Assembly (NCBI GenBank): GCA_043754515.1
Contig: JAYUUO010000116.1
Span: 1 to 12,760 of the forward strand
Length of the DNA stretch: 12,760 nt
Direction: 5' to 3'
Source: Armatimonadota bacterium
Lineage (GTDB): Bacteria; Armatimonadota; Armatimonadia; Armatimonadales; Armatimonadaceae
Numbering within the stretch: position 1 is the stretch's first letter; each line of letters starts with the position of its first letter. The notes under the pieces are model-generated. The model saw only the letters and a list, made by a program, of their open reading frames with translations, was not told where the DNA came from and did no database searches. The translations under genes were made by a program, and so were the position numbers. Below are positions 1 to 5,918 of this stretch, piece after piece.

Positions 1-105
1 GATACGTCGGCTAAAGCGAGTCTGAAAGCGAGACGTTTGCGGGCGAGTTGGGATAAAGACTACTTGCTGGCTTTGTTGGCAGGGCAAACAGAGGAAAACG
101 GTTAA
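1..105 (+). CDS. ISAs1-family transposase, C-terminal fragment (runs off the 5' edge of the window)
   Basis: Frame 1 reads DTSAKASLKARRLRASWDKDYLLALLAGQTEENG* (TAA at 103-105). This matches the typical ISAs1 transposase C-terminus (K-S-xx-KR-xx-A-x-WD-xx-YL-xx-LL). It is not in the ORF track because it is partial. Confidence 0.8.
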   Translation, partial: DTSAKASLKARRLRASWDKDYLLALLAGQTEENG

Positions 106-119
106 GTGCAATCGCCCTG
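1..119 (+). mobile_element. Right end of an ISAs1-family insertion sequence with its terminal inverted repeat
   Basis: GTGCAATCGCCCTG (106-119) directly follows the transposase stop. Its reverse complement CAGGGCGATTGCAC fits the CAGGGC...GCA ISAs1 IR pattern. Confidence 0.75.
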
Positions 120-149
120 GAGGGTGGGCGCAGGGCGGGCGATTCCCGC

Positions 150-178
150 TTGCCAAACCCGGCGGCGGATGCTAAAAT
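150..178 (+). promoter_or_regulatory. Putative sigma70 promoter for the prepilin-type gene
   Basis: TTGCCA (150-155), 17-bp spacer, TAAAAT (173-178), with an extended -10 TG at 170-171. Confidence 0.6.
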
Positions 179-238
179 GGACATGCCGAACGGTCGGCAT
201 CAACCCCCAAAAGATTTGTCCGAAAGGTAAACAAGCGG

Positions 239-1057
239 ATGTATCGCATACCCCATTCCTTACCCCGCCACGCTAGCGCGCGGGATGCCGACGCATCGCT
301 TCGGAAGCGAGCCGTCGGAGGCGGTTTTACCCTTATCGAACTACTCGTCGTGATAGCCATAATAGCCATCCTCGCCGCGATCCTTTTTCCCGTTTTCGCG
401 GGGGCGCGAGAGAAGGCGCGCACGGTCTCCTGCCTGTCGAACATGCGGCAGATCGGCATCGCGACCAAAATGTACCAGCAGGACTACGACGAGACGTTCC
501 CGCAGGCCAAAGCACTCACCACCGAGCACCCCGAGACAGACGACGCGGACGGCACGAACGAGGACCCCGATCTCGGCTCCGTGTTCGACTTCATCTTCCC
601 GTACACGGGCCAGGGTGGAAAGGTGCCGACCGCCGCGTTCCGCCAAGCCCTGTACGCCTGTCCGTCCGACCCGGAGCCGTTCGACGACAAATGCCCGACG
701 GTGTATCACGTCGGCGGACCCAACGTCATCTCGTACATGGTCAACGCCTACTTCGTCTGGGGCTTGACGGACGCGGGCGTCGGGCGTCCCGCCGACACGA
801 TTCTCTATGCCGAGCGGCGTAGCGAAAAAGCGGACGGAGAAGATCCGTACTGCGATGATCTATATCATCCGTGGTTCACCCCCACAAATGCGGCGGCACC
901 CGCCGACGAGATGAACGAGATTACTGGGGCGGTCGCGGCGACGCGCCACCAGCAGGGGGCGAACTACGTCTTCGCGGACGGCCACGCGGCGTGGAAGCGG
1001 TGGACGCAGACGTGGGACCCGGCGCGCGGGATTGATTTGCACACGCCGAAGAAGTAG
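239..1057 (+). CDS. Prepilin-type N-terminal cleavage/methylation domain protein (DUF1559-like) with H-X9-DG C-terminal motif
   Basis: [25 protein letters not shown]...AREKAR...CLSNMRQIG, a CPSD motif, and C-terminal [14 protein letters not shown] (H-X9-DG). These are typical of Armatimonadota/PVC paralog families. Confidence 0.93.
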   Translation: MYRIPHSLPRHASARDADASLRKRAVGGGFTLIELLVVIAIIAILAAILFPVFAGAREKARTVSCLSNMRQIGIATKMYQQDYDETFPQAKALTTEHPETDDADGTNEDPDLGSVFDFIFPYTGQGGKVPTAAFRQALYACPSDPEPFDDKCPTVYHVGGPNVISYMVNAYFVWGLTDAGVGRPADTILYAERRSEKADGEDPYCDDLYHPWFTPTNAAAPADEMNEITGAVAATRHQQGANYVFADGHAAWKRWTQTWDPARGIDLHTPKK

Positions 1058-1130
1058 GGAGGGCATCGCGGCGGACGGCGAGCCGTTCCCACCGGGAGAA
1101 CGGGTTAGGTCGCGACGTTGGCTAAAAACC

Positions 1131-1159
1131 TTGACAGACCGGCTCCGGGCACCTATAAT
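1131..1159 (+). promoter_or_regulatory. Consensus sigma70 promoter of tRNA-Ser
   Basis: TTGACA (1131-1136), 17-bp spacer, TATAAT (1154-1159), ending about 43 nt upstream of the tRNA. Confidence 0.9.
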
Positions 1160-1202
1160 GGTACCTGCGCGGCCCGCGATACTCGCGGCGCAGAGGTTCC
1201 GT

Positions 1203-1290
1203 GGAGTGGTGTCCGAGCTGGTCGAAGGAGCACGATTGGAAATCGTGTAAGCTGTCAAAGGCTTCGTGGGTTCGAATCCCACTCACTCCG
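1203..1290 (+). tRNA. tRNA-Ser(GGA), CCA not encoded
   Basis: Acceptor stem GGAGTGG/TCACTCC with discriminator G. Anticodon arm CACGA-TT-GGA-AA-TCGTG (GGA at 1238-1240), long variable arm, and T arm GTGGG-TTCGAAT-CCCAC. Followed by TAT rather than CCA. Confidence 0.97.
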
Positions 1291-1411
1291 TATCTCATTT
1301 TCGGTTGCACGCTGCGCTTCGCTGGAGAAACGTGGCGTTTCTGTTACCCGTATAGTTCACTAACCGCGTACCCGGCGGTTCGCGAATAGGGGAACGGCGC
1401 AAGGAGTTCGT

Positions 1412-2911
1412 TTGACGGATTTGCACAACGAATCGAAAAAGACGGCACGGTTGTGGGCGGCTCGCTTCCGTCGCATCCCCGTCTGGCAACGCGTTCTGAT
1501 GGCAATAGTGCTGTTGCCCTCCCTGTTCGCGGGCGGCACGGCGGCGGCATTCTACCTGCGGCTCCACCAGGCGTCCGACGCGGTCGCCGTGGATGACCTG
1601 CCTCTCTTCCCGCCCCCGATCAAAGCGAAGCGGTACCTGATCCTCGCCCCGCACTGCGACGACGAGACACTGGCGGTCGGCGGGTTCGTCGCGGACGCGA
1701 CACGCAAAGGGGCGAGCGTTTCGGTCGCGTTCTTCACGAACGGCGACGGCTTCCCGGCGGCCGCCACCCGCGATCTCGGTCAGGTGACCCTCTCTCCCGC
1801 CGATTACGTGCGCTTCGCCCAGCACCGACAGAGCGAGGCGTACCGCGCGATGGGGATACTGGGCGTCAAGCGCGGCGACATATATTTCCTGGGCTACCCG
1901 GACCGCGGCCTGCGCCCGATGTGGGAGAACAACTGGCCGCCGTCCGCGCCCTACCGCTCCTTCTACACCGGGCATAACCACTCGCCGTACTCAGTATCGT
2001 ACACCCCCCGCGCCTTGTATAGCGGGCAGTCTCTGCAAAACGACCTGACGCGGCTGATGGACACGGTGAAGCCGACCGACATCTTCGTAACGCACCCCGC
2101 TGACGACCACCCGGACCACTCCGCCGCCGCGACGTTCGCGCAGTCCGCGCTTCGCGTCTGCGCCGTGGAGCGGCGGGAGCCGTGGGCGAAGACGGCGCGG
2201 CTCCACTACTACATCGTACATCGCGGCGACTGGCCTCTGCCGCAGGGCAAGCGACCCGAAGCGAGCCTCGCGCCCCCGGCTGGTCTGGCGACGGCCGACA
2301 CCGCGTGGCGGGCGTATATGATTTCCGACGCGACCCGCGCCGTGAAAGACCGCGCGCTAAACCGCTACGTCTCGCAACTCAACATCTGCCGCCGCTTCCT
2401 GACCTCGTTCGTGCGCACCAACGAGTTGTTCGGCGACATGGACGCACCCACCGTGCCGAACGGCGCGGCGGACTGGACCACCGTAGCGGTGGACGGGCGG
2501 CGCGACGACCTAGCACGCGACATTGACCCGTCCGCCGATCTGACCGGGATAGCAGTCCAGCGGGCCGAGACGGACTGGCTGACCGTGCGGGTGGCACTGC
2601 GCGGGGTGCCGGTCACCAGCCGACTGCACTACCGGCTACTGGTGCGCGAAGGGGAGGTGGTGCGGGATGTGCCGCTCCACGTCCCCACAGGGAACCAGTC
2701 GCGTTTCCTGTCCGCGCGGATACGCGTCGCCGCGCGGGATGCCGAGTGCCTGTGGGTGTCCGCCGAGACGCGCTACCGCGGCACCGGGCGTCTTCCTATG
2801 CGCCCGGTAGATAGGATAGGGTATCATCCGCTCCTGCTCCTACGTCCGGGAGGGGCAGCTAACGTTTCCGAGCCTTCCGAACAGGACAAAACAGCGGAGG
2901 CGGCACGCTAA
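1412..2911 (+). CDS. PIG-L/LmbE family deacetylase, N-terminally membrane-anchored
   Basis: AAGGAG RBS at 1401-1406 before a TTG start. Hydrophobic N-terminal helix, and the metal-binding motifs APHCDDE, TNGD, FLGYPD and HPADDHPDH. Confidence 0.9.
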   Translation: MTDLHNESKKTARLWAARFRRIPVWQRVLMAIVLLPSLFAGGTAAAFYLRLHQASDAVAVDDLPLFPPPIKAKRYLILAPHCDDETLAVGGFVADATRKGASVSVAFFTNGDGFPAAATRDLGQVTLSPADYVRFAQHRQSEAYRAMGILGVKRGDIYFLGYPDRGLRPMWENNWPPSAPYRSFYTGHNHSPYSVSYTPRALYSGQSLQNDLTRLMDTVKPTDIFVTHPADDHPDHSAAATFAQSALRVCAVERREPWAKTARLHYYIVHRGDWPLPQGKRPEASLAPPAGLATADTAWRAYMISDATRAVKDRALNRYVSQLNICRRFLTSFVRTNELFGDMDAPTVPNGAADWTTVAVDGRRDDLARDIDPSADLTGIAVQRAETDWLTVRVALRGVPVTSRLHYRLLVREGEVVRDVPLHVPTGNQSRFLSARIRVAARDAECLWVSAETRYRGTGRLPMRPVDRIGYHPLLLLRPGGAANVSEPSEQDKTAEAAR

Positions 2912-2967
2912 ACGGGGGTAGTTCCCGGCGACGCTGTTTCATGCAATCTACTCAGGAGGAGCACCCG

Positions 2968-3348
2968 ATGCCCGTGGTTACCAAGTCCGTAGCCGACAGC
3001 CAGAAGTTCCAGAACGCGGTGTTTCTGCAACTGGTCACTCGGCCGTTCGATATTCGACGCCCGGCGGCGGTCGAAGTCCTGCTCCTGCTGGCCCTGTGCT
3101 CGCTGGACATGTTCAGCACGATTTACTGGGTGCGGACGGGCCAGGCGACCGAGTCGAACCCGTTCCTCGCCTGGACATTCCACCTACACCCGCTCCTCTT
3201 CGTGCTGGTCAAAGTGGGGACGTACCTGCCGCCCCTCCTGCTCGCCGCGTATCTGGCGCGGCGGCACCCGCGTCTCGTAACTATTCTGTTGCGGGTCGTA
3301 ATCCTCGCGTATGTCGGCCTTTATCTATATGGCGTTCTGCGCCATTAG
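2968..3348 (+). CDS. DUF5658-like small membrane protein
   Basis: AGGAGGA RBS before ATG 2968 (the ORF track starts at 2941). LD..ST...G.A.ESNP motif with several hydrophobic helices. Confidence 0.75.
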   Translation: MPVVTKSVADSQKFQNAVFLQLVTRPFDIRRPAAVEVLLLLALCSLDMFSTIYWVRTGQATESNPFLAWTFHLHPLLFVLVKVGTYLPPLLLAAYLARRHPRLVTILLRVVILAYVGLYLYGVLRH

Positions 3349-3371
3349 GTATGGCGTTCTGCGCCATTAGG
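3328..3371. repeat. Perfect 22-bp tandem duplication; each unit contains a hairpin
   Basis: TATGGCGTTCTGCGCCATTAGG at 3328-3349 and again at 3350-3371, with an internal ATGGCG/CGCCAT inverted repeat. Confidence 0.95.
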
Positions 3372-4461
3372 TGACTACCCGCAGGACGCGGAATGCCTCA
3401 CACCTATCCACGTCATCTGGCACCCAACTCGTACCATGTCCCGCGCCCCGCATGACTAGATGACCGCCGCCCGCCAGTGCGCGGAAATGCTCTTTCAGCA
3501 TGTTCCAGCGGACCCGCGTGATCGTTGCCATGTCACCTATACGGACGCGACCGTGCTCGCGGGCGTACTCTAGGATCCGTATCGAGAGTTCCGGTAGTAT
3601 GGAGAGGACCAATTTCTCCCGGTCTATCTTCACCTCCAGGCGACGAGTTTGTTCGGTAAGCGTGTGCATGAAAAACGACAGCCATGGTTGCCAGTCGGGG
3701 AATGCGGAGCGTATATTCCCCTGAGTTTGGCGCAGGGCGAGATAGTAGCCGTCTTTGTTTCGCTCGATGACGCTTTCGAGCGAACTGTACGCCACATACG
3801 CATACCCCGCCTGGAGCAGCAACAGTGTGGTCAGTATACGACTCAGCCGACCGTTGCCATCCTGGAACGGATGAATCTCCAGAAAGACGACCACGAACAC
3901 CGCGATCCGGAGCAGCGGGTACGGCTCGCCGTCCTCGCTTGCCTGGCGATACCATGCCACGAGTTCTTGCATGAAACGGGGCGTGTCGAACGGCGATGTC
4001 GTCTGGAATACGATCCCGGTCTGTTCGCCGGACTCGTCGAACGCGGCGACGCTGTTCGAGGTGGTCTTGTAGTTCCCACAGTGCCACGTGTCTTTATCGC
4101 TGTAGGCCAGGAGGTCGCGGTGTAGTTGCTTGATGTGGTTCTCCGTGAGGGTGATGCTGTCCGCCGCGCGAAAAATCAGTTCCATCGCCTCCGCGTAACC
4201 CGCGACTTCCTGTTCGTCCCGGCTGGCGAACGCACGGATTTCGAGGCGCGCGAGCAACTCCTCGACCGCCCTATCGGACAGCTTACTTCCTTCGATGCGG
4301 GTCGAGGAGCCGATGCTTTCGATGGTCGCGACGCGGCGGAGCGCGGAAAGACGCTCCGGCGCGAGTGTCCCGAGGGCACGCCACGCCCCCTTGAACTCGT
4401 CAACCCTTGCTACGGAATTGAGCAGATCCGGCGTGATGAGGATAATATCGGTTTTGAGCAT
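3367..4461 (-). CDS. Fic family protein (class II AMPylase-like with N-terminal inhibitory motif) plus C-terminal HTH; extreme C-terminus likely frameshifted
   Basis: Canonical HPFQDGNGRLSR Fic motif and SSTRIEG (S/T-xxx-E-G) inhibitory helix. Start placed at ATG 4461 (MLKTDII), which fits the family N-terminus. Confidence 0.9.
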   Translation of the reverse strand: MLKTDIILITPDLLNSVARVDEFKGAWRALGTLAPERLSALRRVATIESIGSSTRIEGSKLSDRAVEELLARLEIRAFASRDEQEVAGYAEAMELIFRAADSITLTENHIKQLHRDLLAYSDKDTWHCGNYKTTSNSVAAFDESGEQTGIVFQTTSPFDTPRFMQELVAWYRQASEDGEPYPLLRIAVFVVVFLEIHPFQDGNGRLSRILTTLLLLQAGYAYVAYSSLESVIERNKDGYYLALRQTQGNIRSAFPDWQPWLSFFMHTLTEQTRRLEVKIDREKLVLSILPELSIRILEYAREHGRVRIGDMATITRVRWNMLKEHFRALAGGGHLVMRGAGHGTSWVPDDVDRCEAFRVLRVVT

Positions 4462-4709
4462 CAATATCGTCCTGGCACGGCACCCGATTATGCACCCAAT
4501 TCTACCCAATTATGGTGTCGGTGTTTGGGACGCCCTTTAGGATGTCCGCGACTTACCCGGCGCGTCGGCGTCTGGAGCCTACGCCAGTGCCAAACAAGAC
4601 GGGTATGGTTGCTTTGAGAGTGGATGGACGTGGGTGGCGATGCGAAACGTCCGCCGCTATTCGCGCGATGCCCGCCTTTTAGATTAGCAGACACAAGAAC
4701 GTGATTGAG

Positions 4710-5078
4710 ATGAACTGGACCCGTATCGGGGCGCGTGTCGCCGCCGTCATTGCTGTCGCAAGTCTCGCCGTCTCGCCCGCCCACGCCCGGCAAGGGACAG
4801 CCAGGAGGCTGAACCGCGCTGACACCCGGATCGGCCACGGGGGCGGGCGGGTCCTCGGCTCCGTGTATGTCTGTCGCGCCTGCAAGACGGCCTATACCGG
4901 GGCGCAAGCGAGGAGGCTGTCCATGAAGGACGCACGGGGGCACCGACTGGTTCGGCTGTCCCGGATCCCGATGGGCTACAAGATGGCACCGATGATCGGG
5001 CTTAAGATGGCACCTAGGAAAGCGGGCGCGTTCCCAGGTGTACAGGCGGGGCGTGTTCCCCAAAGCCGCGTGCCGTAG
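4710..5078 (+). CDS. Hypothetical secreted basic protein with a CxxC motif
   Basis: Sec signal peptide MNWTRIGARVAAVIAVASLAVSPAHA (AxA cleavage site) and YVCRACK. A terminator follows. An alternative GTG start lies at 4701. Confidence 0.6.
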   Translation: MNWTRIGARVAAVIAVASLAVSPAHARQGTARRLNRADTRIGHGGGRVLGSVYVCRACKTAYTGAQARRLSMKDARGHRLVRLSRIPMGYKMAPMIGLKMAPRKAGAFPGVQAGRVPQSRVP

Positions 5079-5114
5079 CGGTTGCTCTACCAGTTCGCCG
5101 CGCGGCTCTATAGG

Positions 5115-5144
5115 GCCGGGTCACGCCGCTGTGACCCGGCTTTT
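5115..5144 (+). terminator. Rho-independent terminator
   Basis: GCCGGGTCAC-gccgct-GTGACCCGGC (perfect 10-bp stem) followed by TTTT. Confidence 0.85.
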
Positions 5145-5235
5145 GTCTCGCGGTAACTATCAGCATGCCACTGTTTACACGTCGCTACACACAACACGTA
5201 TCAACGAAGTTTTTTATTATCTTTTCGCGTAAGTA

Positions 5236-5345
5236 CAGCTATCTGTAGTGCAACAACGTCACGATCCGTCAAAATGTAGTGCCGGGTGGTGTTGACTATC
5301 CCATATGTAGGGTGTAGAATCCTGGGGTCGCACTAGATGTGGGGT
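5236..5345 (+). promoter_or_regulatory. Four tandem NrdR boxes
   Basis: cagCtAtcTgTaGtgc (5236-5251), cgtCaAaATgTaGtgc (5267-5282), atcCcAtATgTaGggt (5298-5313) and gcaCtAgATgTgGggt (5330-5345), compared with consensus acaCwAtATaTwGtgt. Start-to-start spacing is 31/31/32 bp. Confidence 0.85.
5292..5320 (+). promoter_or_regulatory. sigma70 promoter of nrdR-nrdJ
   Basis: TTGACT (5292-5297), 17-bp spacer, TAGAAT (5315-5320). NrdR box 3 fills the spacer. Confidence 0.85.
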
Positions 5346-5380
5346 ATACCACGCCTCTGCGAGCGGAAGGAACGTGACCG

Positions 5381-5884
5381 ATGCGGTGTCCGTACTGCGG
5401 CGAGCAAGATAAAGATCATGTCCTCGACTCCCGCCCGGTCCGCGAAGGCGCGGCGATAAAGCGGCGGCGCGAGTGTGAACAGTGCCGGGGGCGGTTCACC
5501 ACCTTCGAGGAGATCGAGGAGCTACGTCTGATGGTGATCAAGGGTAGTGACCGGGGGCGCGAGCCGTACCGGCGCGAGAAGATGCGCCGCGCCATCGAGC
5601 TTGCCTGCAAGAAACGCCCGGTCAGCGAGGCGCAGATCGAAGCGACGGTGGACGAAATCGAGCGGCGTTTGTACAGCCGCCAGGAGAAGGAAGTGCCGTC
5701 GTCCGAGATCGGCGAGATGGTCATGGACCGGCTTCGGAGCCTGGATCAGATCGCCTACATCCGCTTCGCCTCTGTTTATAGGCAGTTTGAAGATGTGCGA
5801 CAATTCCGTCAACTCGCGGATCGCATCGGCACCAGGCGCGGTAAGCGCGACGCCGATTCCCCGGGTGACGACAATAACCCTTAA
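5381..5884 (+). CDS. nrdR: Transcriptional repressor NrdR
   Basis: Zn ribbon MRCPYC...DSR...KRRRECEQCRGRFTTFE, ATP-cone region, and C-terminal LDQIAYIRFASVYRQF. Confidence 0.98.
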   Translation: MRCPYCGEQDKDHVLDSRPVREGAAIKRRRECEQCRGRFTTFEEIEELRLMVIKGSDRGREPYRREKMRRAIELACKKRPVSEAQIEATVDEIERRLYSRQEKEVPSSEIGEMVMDRLRSLDQIAYIRFASVYRQFEDVRQFRQLADRIGTRRGKRDADSPGDDNNP

Positions 5885-5918
5885 CATAATTGTTTTTAGA
5901 ATCAGGAAGGACATTTTC

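Noticed and set aside
1203..1345. tRNA-Ser as an integration site
   Set aside because: No integrase and no duplicated tRNA 3' end were seen in the window.
3328..3371. Palindromic repeat read as a mini CRISPR array
   Set aside because: The two copies are directly adjacent with no spacer, and no cas genes are present.
4462..4509. Longer Fic N-terminus from the ORF track (MGRIGCIIGC...)
   Set aside because: It overlaps the promoter-like repeats, and the family-typical N-terminus begins at MLKTD (4461).
5079..5380. Cobalamin riboswitch upstream of the B12-dependent RNR
   Set aside because: No B12-box or core motifs were recognised. The region is explained by the terminator, promoter and NrdR boxes.
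5547..5918. ORF-track N-terminal extension of nrdJ overlapping nrdR (possible fusion or overlap)
   Set aside because: It is an off-frame shadow of GC-rich nrdR. A good RBS precedes GTG 5919 and nrdR has its own stop.
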